DNA from: Trichoplax adhaerens
Taxonomy: Eukaryota > Animalia > Placozoa
Length of the DNA: 64,000 nucleotides
Direction of reading: 5' to 3'
Assembly (NCBI RefSeq): GCF_000150275.1
Contig: NW_002060943.1
Coordinates: 5,352,008 to 5,416,007 of the forward strand
Of this stretch, positions 14,201-27,817 are shown in pieces (the first letter of the stretch is position 1; each line of letters opens with the position of its first letter). The position numbers were made by a program, and so were the translations under genes. The notes beneath the pieces are model-generated. The model searched no databases, had not been told where the DNA came from, and was given only the letters and a program-made list of their open reading frames with translations.

Positions 14201-15164
14201 TCGATTGTTTGTATCGCGATAGTGCTTTTGATAGACACTTTTGATTCGCTCTACTTCTGGGTTTTATGAGATAAACGACATGGATCAGCCCTGTATATGC
14301 CTGAAAAAATTAGACGGTTGATTTTAACTGTTAGTAATGCAGTGAAATCACAAAATATTTTAAATAATAAAGCGATATTTAAGTCACGGAAAGCTTATTG
14401 TACCTTGATGTTATCGAGAGCATCGAGTGTAAAATTAATGTATTCATATGGAGATGCTGATAAATCTATAATAATAGTATAGCCACGGTGTCGCTGTTCC
14501 ATCCTATATTTAGAAATATCCAAATATATGTTATATGAGTAGGAATTTTAGTTAAACTGATTAAATAGACTAGCGTTAAGTAAGGAGAATTGCTAGTATA
14601 TACGCGTATAATACAATATAATCATCTTATCGATGATTATTTTGAGTTAATGAAATCTCTGATTAATGATGTTTCGAATGAAAACGATAGATAGCTGCAA
14701 TACAGTGCAAATAAATACTGAGAGATAACGATGTTGCATTAAGATTGTGGTAATAACTTTTTACTAAATTAATCTTGTATGAATTACCTAGGTAGACCCA
14801 TCCAGAAGTTAAGTAGTTGGGTCATCTCTAGAGTACTTAAATCGGTTATTCCCGTTCCATGACGTTTAGCAGGCAAGGTAATAATTGGGCCACCTCGTTG
14901 ATCGGTACCACCTTATCGAAAGAATATAGTAGTCAATATATTAGCGTATATATAAACTGTGTTCATTATTCCTTCTACGACCATTTAAAGATACACATAC
15001 CAATTAGCCTGCAATTTATACAGATACTACTACGCTACAGAGCTTGTACCTCCATTAGTCTAATTGTGCAAGAAATTTTTTGCAGTTTACTTATTTTTAC
15101 CTGTTAAGATGGCAGCCTCTGACAGCAACGTATCAGTATTTAGAATGGACGGCTTGGATGGCAT
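3492..15164 (-). CDS. Multi-exon fusion gene: Sec14/CRAL-TRIO domain + spectrin repeats (SESTD1/Trio-like) + ~2000-aa low-complexity region + C-terminal divergent actin domain (~2,903 aa by hand count)
   Basis: Hand-built exons, all GT-AG and phase-consistent: 15164-15101, 14911-14788, 14503-14404, 14300-14181, 14086-13970, 13720-13560, 13444-13195, 13039-12914, 12816-12625, 11828-11502, 11409-5398, 5295-5170, 4900-4778, 4630-4435, 4165-3492. Total 8712 nt with no internal stop. An in-frame TAA (15173-15171) lies just upstream of the ATG. Confidence 0.8.
5398..11409 (-). CDS. Giant 6012-nt exon encoding an S/N/Q/E-rich, largely disordered region with short coiled-coil-like segments
   Basis: Contains ORF 5359..11253 and stays open 52 codons further upstream to the acceptor ttttag at 11410. 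A GAA|GTAAGT donor lies at 5397. Confidence 0.85.
11502..15164 (-). CDS. N-terminal exons of the fusion gene: Sec14-like lipid-binding domain followed by spectrin repeats
   Basis: Translation gives [37 protein letters not shown] and [24 protein letters not shown], hallmarks of the Trio/Kalirin/Dbs/SESTD1 Sec14 domain. It continues with [28 protein letters not shown] and [29 protein letters not shown], which are spectrin-repeat patterns. Confidence 0.85.
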
Positions 15165-18100
15165 GATCACTTATCTACAAACCTAACTGATGGGAAAGTC
15201 TCGGTTAATTACAGGAGCATGTTTTTATTTTTCTATTCAAAAATTCATCTTCTACAATCGTATAAGACATTGCAAACTTTGAGTTTATTTATAAGATCCC
15301 TTAGCTAATGGTAAATGAACTCAAACTACTTGATACTATATGCATAAAGAGCTCTTTTTTACGTATATTCAGTCCTAAGGTTCGTTTATTCTATTTGATT
15401 ATATACTGCGTATAATAAATGTTTTCAGTAATGCGGCGATGGTATCACTATGTCGTCAATTGAAGGCTTGCACATTGCATCGTGCATATTTTGATAATAT
15501 TTTAAGTGCAATCAAAATTAAATCCTACCGACGACATACTGATGTCCAATTAGCCTACTGTAAGATGTAAGCTCAAAAATTCTGGCTCCAGAATACAATT
15601 GTATGCTTTGATGTATCAGTTACATTAAATGTTTTACTAGCTATTTTGGGCGGTTGATGTTAGCATTTAGTACAATAAGAGGCTACTATCAATAATGTTG
15701 TAGATAGTTATAATTTTTTCGTTATAGATTCTAATATCATTGAAATTGAACTATCAGAAGATAAGGAAGATAATATCAATCGCTGTTTTCCAATTTGATA
15801 CAAAGGTCAATAAAAGTAGGAAGTTACGAGAAATGATTATGATTTCGGCGATAACGGTCAAGGGTGATTGTCCACTATAGTACAATAGCCCAGATTATGA
15901 TATTATCGCTAGAAAGTTAATCGTAGTAATTTAATATAATCTTCAGTATAAAATTATTACCAGTAAATTCTGCTAGTTTCTCATTGCCTACAAATAAGTT
16001 AACACAAATTGTTGTTATCTGACGAAATCTTTAATGAAAAGTATGTCGGTAAACGAAGAGGAAGGATGCCACTAGAGCGATAAATTGTCGATACAATAGT
16101 TATTAACGTATCATTGTTGTCCGAAACTAAAGCATTAACTGTAGATGAGGAAATTATTTTGTTCTATTTTGACACAATAGTATACAAACACAATAACAGT
16201 AAGTACCATATTAATATAGAATTGCTAAAGGAATCAGGGAGCGTTAAGTATATCCTAACTAGCGATGGAAAAATTGATTTTACGGAATTAAAAATGATCG
16301 ATTAATATCCTCCTGTGTTGCGTAACGCTGCACTATTTACATATGCTAGATGTAATTAATGTAAACACATCAATAATAAAAAAATACTGCTTGAAATAGA
16401 TTGTTGCTTGGCAGTGCATGATGGTATACAAGTTAAAATCTCTAGATAATTGTATCGTCATCGATCACTCTCTGATATAACAGTAGTCACTACTTTCAAT
16501 TACATTGTAATGTGTCTCAAATTAAATAGAGGATATTATTTGCTATAACTGATTTCACGATGTGGTTGCGTACGATATTATTTACTCCTGAACTTTATAC
16601 AACTCGTGTAAGTAGGGCGAGTACAGTCTTATACATATAAAGACAATAGGTACGCTATATTTACTTGACGGTAGCCAAGCTTCAATGTGTCACAATAATC
16701 GATTTAATTAATTTTTCTAACTGGAAGGAAGGTAGTTTGACTATTGATTGGCAGAAAATATACAGTAGGGTGATGATAATAATAGTGTAATTATAGTGGA
16801 TTGAATATTTGAAAGGCTAGTTATGAAGTAATTCGATTAATTTTATTTAAAAATATTATTTTACTATGTTTATTCTAGTTATGATAATATGTGTTGGGAT
16901 GATCCACGAAAAGATGCAATTTTTAACGATGATAGTCATTATGAATATAAGGATCCTGAACTTTAAAAGTAATAACTACAATGATTCTATGGATAAAGAC
17001 GTCTAAAATAGAAAGAGTAGATTGATTTTTGATGATTATTATGAATAGTAATTAATTTATCATTTCGTAGTGTATTATTGTTATATACCAAACGATAATA
17101 ACGTAAAGCTGATGGAAAATTAATAATGCACTTTAACCTATCACTACATTGGTGTAGCGTTTATTCGATAGTCAAATTACACAGAATATCGATATCATAA
17201 CTATTCCATTAAGAATAAATGAATTCATTCCTCTTAAATAGTATACAAAGTTGCATTAGTATTACATATTTCTATATCCAGTTACTTTGTTACTTATTAC
17301 TGATATTGAATCGATTCTTACTTCTGCATGTTCTATTTTTAGTATGGTGGGACTCAAACGTGTTGTTACTTCGCTTAGAGCTTACTAATTCTTGTTGATT
17401 GGCTAAACACTAACGTACATGTCCATCTGCACATCTAATCTTTTAGATGATAAATAAATAAGGGAAAATGATTTGGACATTTTATTCGGTAATAAAATGG
17501 CAGAGTAATGCTTATTTTACGGTTGATGATGGGTAATTACGATTTTATATGAGCTAAAAATACCCCTCGTATATCATCATGTTCATTAATCGAATAGTGT
17601 AATGTCAGCAGTTGGGGGGGGGGCGGTGGTCGAGGATACACGTACTCTTTAGCAGTGGAGCAAATAGGTGATCGTAGAATGTCTTCGTTGGAGTGTACAT
17701 AAGAAGGAGGAACTGTAACATTTGTAATCTAAAATATGAAAACATTGCCATGTTACCGCCATTCTAATTCGTAAATTGTGTCCGTCTGGATGAGAGTGGT
17801 CTTATCGATGCAAATGATAACCTATATTAATTCATGAATCGGCCGATCTCATTAAAATTGTGGAATATAGGAATTCGTCTTATAAATGCCATATGAAGAA
17901 TTTGAATATTATTCTATACGTAACATTTTTGTCGTTCTGTATATTAATATTTGTTCCTATTGATGATAGTTTTCCGCTTCTTCCTTCCATTAAACTAAGT
18001 AAAACTGTATATTGCAATATTATCGTTGTTAGCGGTATCATTTAACATGTATGAATTGCGGATAGTTGGATGGTGTTATAGATATATTTGAAGCTACCGT

Positions 18101-18939
18101 TGTGGTATCTTCTGATTATAGACATTGCTTTGCCTGAATTTGGTAACGATTAAGGTAATTCAATCTTGGTGCGCTAACGCGTTATAAACTAAGGCTTTGG
18201 TTTCGACTGTTGTCTGCTTAAGTAATTTTTGAATTTTTGAATTCTTTTAACTATCATGACACCGCTAATAGTACAATTATGATCCACTAGAGCGATTTCA
18301 ATAGCATTTTACATGCTCTACGCTTGTATCACTACTGAAAATGTTGGACAATTAAGAAGGTTCTATTGATAAACGATGAAAATTTTATTTACATACATTT
18401 TATAACTGACTGGTTCATTAGTAGCATGATATTGCATGATATTGTCGGCGTTAAAAGGAAGATTAATTTCAATTCCTTGGATGGAAATGAAGATTTACAA
18501 TAGTTCATGATTCTATATGTTTATCATTTTATTCAGAAATGAAAAGGGATCGACCGAGATAAGATCATGATGGTCAATGGCTAGTACAGAATGAAAGTAT
18601 AGAAAAGAAAACAACGTAAGCAATTTAAAACAATTTCTACCATTAGGTACGACAAAGGATAAACTTTATGGAATGGATTTTGATCATCGCCTGAAGACAC
18701 ATATGAAACTGTCGACCGCGAATTCTATCTATGTTTAGCCTGGTAGTGACTTGATCAAGAGTTACCTGATCTTGAGCATCAATAATTGTAGATGATTAAT
18801 TTCCTACAATCTTACGTTGTCGATGGTAGACGTAAGAAAGTAATTGGCGATCTTGATCTACTTGAACAGGGATTAATTGTACGCCAAGTTGAATATTTGG
18901 GTTTGCGTAGCATCTGAATATTATGACCCAATTATAGCT

Positions 18940-19570
18940 GATCAGCATCAACTGGTGATTGGTTGAAGGCTTGGCGAACCGACGCGTAGTTTACTATGGT
19001 GACCGCCGCGATGGAACTTGAATTCTATTGGACGTTTAGTAAGCATGCGCACCGATCGTTTTATTCGAACATCATGCAAGTTCCCTTCGTGTACAGTACA
19101 GTACAGTAGAATTCCTCCGTACTGTACTGTACACTGGTAGGTAGTGCTTTTCATAAGGTAATGGTCTGGGAGCCTGGGGTTGTTAGTAACTTGTTACTAA
19201 AATACGCGACTAAACAAGAAAATACCATTACAGTATACTGTACTGAGTAGTGGAAGGGCTAATTTCTATGATTCTTGTGCAAACACTACAGCAGTGCACT
19301 CGCTGTACTGTGGGTTGTTACTAAAATAAGCGACTAGACAAGAAAATACGATTATACTGTACTGTATTGAGTATGTTCGGGCTAATTTCTATGATTTTGT
19401 GCAAACACGACAGCAGTGCACTCGCTGTAGTGTGTACACTGTATGTACAGTATACTGTACTATACTGTACTGTACAGTTCAGTACCGTACAGTGTACAGT
19501 ACCTTAACGGGTGCATATTGTGACTGTACACTGTACAGTCATGGACTACTCAATTACACTACCGTATGCA
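18940..19570 (-). promoter_or_regulatory. Putative promoter region of the Sec14-spectrin-actin gene (or of a small upstream transcript)
   Basis: GC-richer patch with two minus-strand CCAAT boxes (attgg at ~18958 and ~19027), an ACAGT/ACTGT cluster, and an X-box-like GTTGTTAGTAAC at 19179-19190. Confidence 0.4.
19191..19432. repeat. Two-copy tandem duplication, period ~124 bp
   Basis: ttgttactaaaata...gggctaatttctatgatt...gtgcaaacac..cagcagtgcactcgctgta occurs starting at 19191 and again at 19315. Confidence 0.9.
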
Positions 19571-20808
19571 AACTCTTGACTTTTGCTTTACAGCTACCTG
19601 ACCTACAAAACTGCCTTTCTATTTTGCAGTAAAGGACTCAATTTATACATTCTCGTTCTACTGTAATAAAGGAGTAAGCATGATCTACAAATAGGCAATG
19701 CCATATTTTAAATTTCCACCTGGCAATCTCCTTCGCACAGATTAAATATAAAGCGGAAATGAAATTAAAAATCGCATGCAATCTGAAACTTATCGACGGT
19801 ATATTGTTTTTCCTGCATTCCAAATAAAAGCTTTTCTCTGCTTTATCCAAGCTATTCCTTGAATGCTTTACATCTACTAACGCTTTGGAACGAAATGATA
19901 GGCAGCTCAATTTTGTAAAATAAAGCTTCACTAAACACTTGACGCTCACCTTAGCCGCGAACTAATTTACGAATCACAATGGAATGATTTATGAACTGTT
20001 ATGGCATGTATATCATAAAATAAGGTTAAGAGGGATTGTTTATTGCTGCCTGCAACCAGGTGTTACAATATAATCATCGCTATGCATATAACATATTCGT
20101 ATTTAGCGATAGATACTATTTGATAGTGCTTAACAGTGTATCACTAGCAGATGCATTGTAACTAAGCTACCGAGAAAAACGAAACAAAATTCAATGCTCA
20201 CGTAATGTACAATTATTCATTTTCTAAAAATTAGAGAAGGGATTTTTTTTATAGGATAATTACATTATTCAAAGTCAAATTCGTGAATTCAATACAATGA
20301 GAAAGAGATTAATTTTAATATAGATCCAAGAATTATACTCATACAAATATGTTATCATTAAATTTATGTATTAAATTATATTTGAATCAAGAACTAAAAT
20401 TTATAGTAAGACTAAAAGCTAATCTTTGCTAGACATCGTTCAGATCCAAGTCTAAATATCACTTTGTGCTATTTATTGGCATTATGACGTCTTTTGTTGC
20501 GAATTATATTCGGAAAGATAGTACTTGATTCCGATTACAATCATTGTAAACTATGATACTTGGTAAGACTGATTTTATGGAGTACTTAATTACACTTTAT
20601 AAAGGCACGATTGAATAACGTTCATAAAGTCTTTATTATAATACAGGAAGAGACTATATTATACTCGTATAACATTTACTGAGATCATTCGTTACGGTTT
20701 CCTAATTTATGACGTAAAGGTCAAGTCAATGTTGGTTAGCTACTAATATATCATAGTCGAAGTGACCAAGGATTTTGAAGTCATGTAATCCGATATTTAT
20801 TATTTGGG

Positions 20809-23800
20809 CTAATTTCCTGTTGATCGTTTGCCTCCTAAAGGTTGCAACTTACCATGCCTTGAATTCGGACGATTATTAGATATTGATTCCAATTTTGCCG
20901 GTCGCGATGGCTGCATAGGGTTATGATGAACGGGTGATAATGGTGCATTGCCATTTAACAGTTTATGTGGTGGTTTTCGCTGATCGGGTAGGTCTAAGCC
21001 GCTATTCCCCAAGGTATTACCTCCAAGGAGTTGATTAACACGTTTCGATTTAAAATAATTAGTACTACTATCATTCTTTTTGTTCAACCGTTGAAGGTAT
21101 TTGTCTTCTTCCGGTGTTACTGCTTCATCATTATCAGATGAATAATTAGTACTGCCGTTATTAGCCGCTTGTTGCTGACGCATTTTATTACTCGACGTTG
21201 TCGATGGTTTGCCACCAGGTGGTAATGATAGTTTAGATAAAATTAAATCAGGAATTGTCCATTTCTGATTTTCATCGTCCCATTTGCATTCTATACGTAC
21301 CTTATCGATATTGTAGTAGTTACAGTCGCGACGAATGCATCCCTGTATACGCTCTAGTATTTGCGCATTTAACTTAATTTCTCTTTCTTGCTTTCGTATT
21401 GTATCTAAAAAGTCTTGCCTTTCAGTCTCAAATTCGCTTTGTAAATCACGAATTTCAATTTCGCTTGCTGTCAGCTTTTGTTGCAGGTCATCTACAACTT
21501 TAGTTTTATTCTTGATATCATCATGTAATGAATCATATACTTTAATCATGATGCCATCATCTTCCATCTTTTGTATATTTTTTAATAAAGTTTGTCGTTT
21601 CTTTTCTGCGTGGCGTTTACGTTTTAGTCGCTTTTCTTTTAACGCTTCATCATTGGCTTTTTCACCTCCAATCATTTTGAGTTGTAGTTCTTGAAGTCGC
21701 TGTAGTGCTTGATCATGTTGGAATAGTTGTTTTTCGCTTGGGCTATTCATGATAGCATCTGGACTATTGGAAGGTACCATGGCACGAATATTCATTTCAA
21801 GGTGGTTATCTACTCCTTCCTGAATTTCTGTAGTAACCTATTAATTTATAAATTAAGGTAAATACCAAGTCATAGTAACGAAATATCCAGTTGCTACTTA
21901 GTTTAGTTCAGACTATTGCTGTATTTATTTCTCAGTTCTCATATACTGTACGTTGTGTTAAAACTACGTATCGTTTACTACTGAAAATTTTCATACCGCT
22001 TCCTGTTCAGTTCCTATAAATTCTTTTCTTTCACCTTCAACTATATTTTGTGCAGTTTCTAATAACAATATATGCATAAGGTTAATAATAAAATGATTTT
22101 GGAGACGATCGTTATGAGCCCAAATAATTATAATACACCTAAATATAAATCACTGGAAGTATTTTTATACGGTAAGTGCAGAAAGTTATGTTTATATTAT
22201 GCACATACTATATACAGTAGCTACTATATTATTATTTATCTATTGTCAAGGGATGATAAAGCACTAAGTTTTGTAATTTCTGAAGTTACAAGTAAGTTAA
22301 GACTGGTAATTATTATATGTACAGGAATTGCATATACTGTGTATCCTATGTTCATTCATGTAACTGGGATCAATCTTAATATAGATTTAAATTAAAGGAA
22401 ATCTAATTTGTTTGAGTTATTATAGGATAGTTCTTATTTATGTAGCATAATTACGGTATATTAAAACAGTGTGCATTAACCAAGTATCATCAGAAATATT
22501 CCTCAATTAATGATATGTTATGCTCGCATTTGTACCCTGTGTTACTGTGCTTTGGGCTGGCTTAGGTTTCGTTGCTTCATTCGGTTGTGTATCTGGAGGA
22601 ACTTCTTTTGTCTCTGATTTCTGTTGCTTTTGGGAATTTAACATTTCAAGGCGTAGTTGTTCTAATTTATTTTCGTACTCATCTTTGATATTAGCCACTT
22701 CTGATTCTAACTTTGCTCGATTGGCTTGTTCGCTCTGAAATTTTTGTTCCAGATTTGACATCTGATTTTCATACTGATTTTTAAGTTTTTCTTTTTCTTC
22801 CATTAACTTTAATCGCGCTTGCTCATTTTGCTCGTTTTCTTTTTCAATTTCAGCTTGGTTAGCTTGATCCGGTGTAGGTACCGATGCGTCTATTAGGCAA
22901 TCAGATATGCCATTTAACGCAATGAATTTATGATATAAAATTAGGCGTTATTAGTGAAATACTACTAACATGTTCGCTAAAGAGATATAGCTATCTTACC
23001 CGTAGGTGAAACAGTTAGCATTGATTTAAGTTTTTTAATTTCTTCTTGATATTGTCTGATCAATGCATCTTTTGGATCTTCATTAATACGAGGTTTATTT
23101 TTGATGTTTTTAGCACGATTGGCGTATCGTAAAGTGCTTAAGGTTTCATCATAGTTATTATCGGCAGGACTAATGCAAGCAACCATTAAAGTTTTAGTAT
23201 TGCCACCCAAAGAGTCTTGTAGTAATCTTGTTAATTTTGAATCTCTTTAATGATAATAACCAGAGTATTTCAGTTATAATGTAACTTAAATGATCTTATT
23301 ATTTAATTAAAGTTGTAAAATGGTTATTTTATGATACTAACCTGTATGGAATATGCTTGGATTTGCCATCAACTAATGCTGAAATAACATTACCAAGAGC
23401 GGATAAAGATAAATTGATTTTAGTAGCTTCTTTTAGCCTACTACCTGATGCACCCGTTTTTGATTGACGTTCACTACCAGCTAAATCAACTAAATTTAGT
23501 TTTCCAGCTCGAAGATGTTCATCGCCGTCATCATCTAAATGATGCAATAAAATCCGCAAGTATTGTGATCCTTAGATACGTATCGTGTTGAAAAATCTAT
23601 TTATCGTTAGAAATTTTTAGAATCCAATTTAAACTTTGCGTTATTTTACCTTTAACACACATTTCTAGACTAATAGTAAATATGGAATGAGATCTTGAGG
23701 AATCCGCATTCATTAAGGTAGCACCCACTGAACGATTCTTGCCTCCAATATTCATCAATCGCTCCATATCAATAGTACTGTAAACAGGTATGCTTAATAG

Positions 23801-24678
23801 ATCTTTCACATAAACGCCTTTCTCCGGGTGTTCCTAAATTGTCAAGTAATTGAAAGATAAGATTCTTTCCTTTATTATACCAAACAAGTTATGATATCAT
23901 AAACATTTTTAATGTACGATTATCAAGCTATTTTATGATATAATAGATATTTTAATGGCTGTTTGTTAATTTAATATGTCATATGACATCTAACCTTAAC
24001 TTCTAAATTGTTTTTAACATCTTTGGCTAGTAAATCGCGAATGGTTTCATTATAAATTTCCAGATATGATGCACGTATGAGATATTTTGTTCCTTCAGTA
24101 GTCTGTATTGCTTCGAATATATGATCGAATGCACGTGGTGTAATTCCACGCTGACTCGGGGGATCAGTAACACCTACAAATTTGCGTTATGTAACATAAT
24201 TAATACGTATGCCATTTCATTAAGGTGAGTTGACAAAAAAATTTATTTAACCATAAGCATTAAATGATATTTTATTATAAGATGTAATTTTTTATAGCTA
24301 ACGATGAGTATCGACTAATCAGAATTACAATATTAGACAGGAGTAGACATAAGTTTAAGTTACTGTCAATGTCATACCTTGCATAGTATAAGATTTGCCA
24401 CATCCAGTTTGGCCATAGGCAAAAATCGTTCCGTTATAACCTTCTAAAACACCATCAACAAGTGGATAGGCAATATCATTGTAGATTGTATCAGTAACGG
24501 AATTTATATTATAGACGCCATCGTAAGTAAAACTTTTCGGTGGTTCATCGGCTTTGGGTTTCTTCAGGCGGGCCTGAAAGGTTGATTCGTCCATTTCAAC
24601 TACATTTTCGCAGCGCAAATCAACCTCACGCTGATTAATTGGCCTACATCGAACTATCACTTTAACAGCTTCAGCCAT
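20809..24678 (-). CDS. KIF17: Kinesin-2 family motor KIF17/OSM-3 (8 coding exons, ~848 aa)
   Basis: N-terminus [13 protein letters not shown]; P-loop GQTGCGKS; switch motifs NADSSRSH and DLAGSERQ; [13 protein letters not shown]; neck [11 protein letters not shown]; KIF17-type tail with [12 protein letters not shown] and W..P. Exons 24678-24378, 24173-23995, 23833-23650, 23534-23342, 23244-23000, 22889-22536, 22058-21997, 21837-20809. Confidence 0.93.
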
Positions 24679-26825
24679 GTTTGATTAGTTCTTCTGAAAC
24701 AATTTTTCATTTAAAAAAGAGATCTTATAGCAACTTTATTAAATTTCAGATACGCTAATTAATAATGATTGTAGTTCCATGAAGTTTTAAGTTCAGTGGT
24801 ATTGAAATTCTATAAAAATACTGTAATTGATAACAATTGAATAGTAGCTTTAGTTAGGCCGAATATATTGTAAATCTTTTATGATTTGATAACCTTAGGA
24901 GTCAGTCTAGATTTATTGTCTATATATCATATTTTGCTAAGTTAATAGTCTGCATAGCTCAATAAAGAAATTGTATTAAAGTATAACGTAATTAATAAAT
25001 TGACTATAAGTTAACTCAATACTTTATCACTTTATAGGCTGGTTACAGGCGAGTACCATCAATTTGAGCGCTAATGGATAGAACTGTGTATAATTTACGT
25101 CAAGAATAGTTACAGTGAATTATTCCAAAATTGCTTATCAATTATGGTAACCACAGTTAGATATCTTTGAATACGTAAAGATACCTATTGACTCGTGTAA
25201 AATTACCTATGTAAAAAAAAGACCAGAATGCTAGGTGTATCTGATGAGATTGGATTAGCTCGTGATTATAAAAGAATATTTAAGATCGTATAGTCGTTAG
25301 CGTTATCGTTTAATTTATATTGCTGTAATCAATGTAACATTTACGATTATAGTAATTAAAGTTGAATATTCACAGTATTTGTTACGTTTTCAATTTTATG
25401 ATCAATTGCATAACTTTGTCTGGTTGTAGTCATGATTTATTATAATGACAGTTTTTTACAATAGCAGCGTCACTGAAATTCTTATCAATAGTCTTAGTTT
25501 TACGAATTATTAAAATTGATTGCCAATTGGGGTATCTGCTTAGAGAATAAAATGTCTAAAATCAGTAATAAATTTTGGTATAGACAATTTCTTGAAGCGG
25601 AGTAGTTTTACGATATTCAATAATTTGTTTAATGTATTTAAATCATAATGAATATCTAGAATTGTATTGAGGTGTAAAGGGAAGATTTTTTTTTACAGCT
25701 ATTGAAACAGTTTGTGCAAAACAGTTCTACTATAGATTATCCGTTAGGATGGAGGTTGATATAATACGCGCTTTCTCTCGTGTCAACATACGAGTATCCA
25801 GTACTACCACATAGTAATGTACGTAGGGTTATTTCAATTTTGTTAAACAATATATAACATAATATGGATATGATAACTTAGTGTTCATTTTTTCAAAATC
25901 ATTGACATGGATGTTCAGTATTTCACCTTTTACGGTTTTCGCAGAAAAATTCTTTTTGTACCGGAACGGATGATTATATTAAGCAGACTAACTATTTATA
26001 CAAAAGGTTGAGAGTATATTAGGGTTATATTAAACAACAACGCTTTTTTGAATTAGAAGACAAGCTATCAATTGTTTACTTATAATTAAATGATATGTTT
26101 GTGACCTAGACTAAAATTGTACCATACTGCGTCTTTTATAGCGAAGTTAATGGTCAAATTCATCAAGCGTGGTTTACAATACATGACTGAACGTACGAAT
26201 AAGTTACAGTGTTGTATGATAAGTTATTGGAAGCTCTTTTTTTTGTATATTGCAACTAACAGTGGATGAGTAGAGATCCTTCTTTAACTAATTTGAACGA
26301 ATGAAAATGATAATATATTGTAGAGAAAAGACGATACAGTCTCTTTTTATTTTTTATTTTATGGGGATAAACTGGGCAAGTTGGTATAAACTTCGACAAT
26401 GTATATCGTTGATTGTGTACGTTTCTAGAGTGTAAACACTACAGTGGAAAGAATACTCATATGCGCTACCGTCTAGAAGAAAAAGATGCAATTGAGCATT
26501 ACGTATACCATATTTGATTGAAAACTTTAAGTAAAGACTTACCACATCGATTTAGAATTGGAAATCAAGCTTGAATATTGAGACCAATTCCGTTAAGGAG
26601 TAATATCATCGGTTTGCTATTGATTGAGTGCAATTTTTTGAATGGCTTTGCCAGAAATAAGAAGGAATATCATTTAAATTATCATCGACGTTAATTCAGT
26701 CATTATAGTTTGATAATTATGTTGAGGTGTACATGAATGGGTTGGTATAAATGTAATCATAGTACTATGCGTAGATTATATTACGGTCGTCTTTAGCATG
26801 GATGCAGATAGTGTGGGTAGCTGGC

Positions 26826-26851
26826 GTCTCTATAGAAACCATATGACGTCA
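26826..26851. promoter_or_regulatory. RFX X-box adjacent to a CRE palindrome upstream of KIF17
   Basis: GTCTCTATAGAAAC (26826-26839) fits the consensus GTHNYY-AT-RRNAAC. TGACGTCA lies at 26844-26851. A minus-strand GTAAGT donor at 26542 suggests a nearby 5' UTR exon. Confidence 0.5.
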
Positions 26852-27715
26852 CTGAGTGATTAAAGTGTACGCGTATGCTGTCAAGGCAAGCGAATTTTCT
26901 CTTAGGACAAGTCCTGGATGCTGTTTACCATTGATATTTAATAAGCTACAGATCTCCATTCTATTTTCGGTAATGGAGTAGAGTACTGTACAGTAGAATG
27001 ACAAGGGAAATGAATGGTTCTCCTAATTTTGGCACTAAACGGCCACTGCACACCCCCTTCTCTCTTTGTAATTAGTCCCTGATAGGACCATTATTACAAA
27101 TGAATTGGAGAAAGAATTTCACTGTAGCCCCTTACGTTATAGTTCTATTCTGCTTCCAGCAACCAATTGTACTGATATTGCGCTATAGTGGCAGCTGGTA
27201 GACACAGACTTGTAAAGCTGTTGCTAGTTTGTTATGATTATGTTAAGGAAGGGAGCAATGGAGCCTTGATCAAAAGTGATGCCACCGGTGATGCTATGTC
27301 ATTTTAGTGCATACTTTATTGTACAAAAAGGGATATGAATCATGATTGTATTAACGTAAACGATTTGTGCTACCTCATGAAATTATACGCGGTCTGTACG
27401 CAAACGATACTAGTGTCCGTCACGGAAAAGCGATGGGCTGAGCTATAGCTCGCTCCATCCATTATTTCGGTTCCCTTTTTTACTCTTTAGAATGTAGAGC
27501 AGTACTGTATGTAAATCGCTAGTACAGTGAGAATGATGTCAGCTCAGTCAGCATGATGCGCCTATTTCAAGGTGCACCACACACGTATAACTACTGTAGC
27601 GTAAAAAATTTTTTGCGTATGACGTCTACTGTCGTCCAGTCCAGCCAGTCTAGTGATCGTTGACTGTTGACTACTAGTACACCACTATTGACGGTCAGGG
27701 GCTTACGAGTCCGTG

Positions 27716-27729
27716 GTCTACATGGTAAC
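27716..27729. promoter_or_regulatory. Second X-box-like motif
   Basis: GTCTACATGGTAAC, one mismatch from the X-box consensus, inside a GC-richer ACAGT-containing patch. Confidence 0.4.
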
Positions 27730-27817
27730 ACGATGCGCAGAATCATTTCATACGGTAGCCACCGTACAGTACGTACAGTACAGTACAGGGCTACAGTACT
27801 ATACACTGTACATGTAG

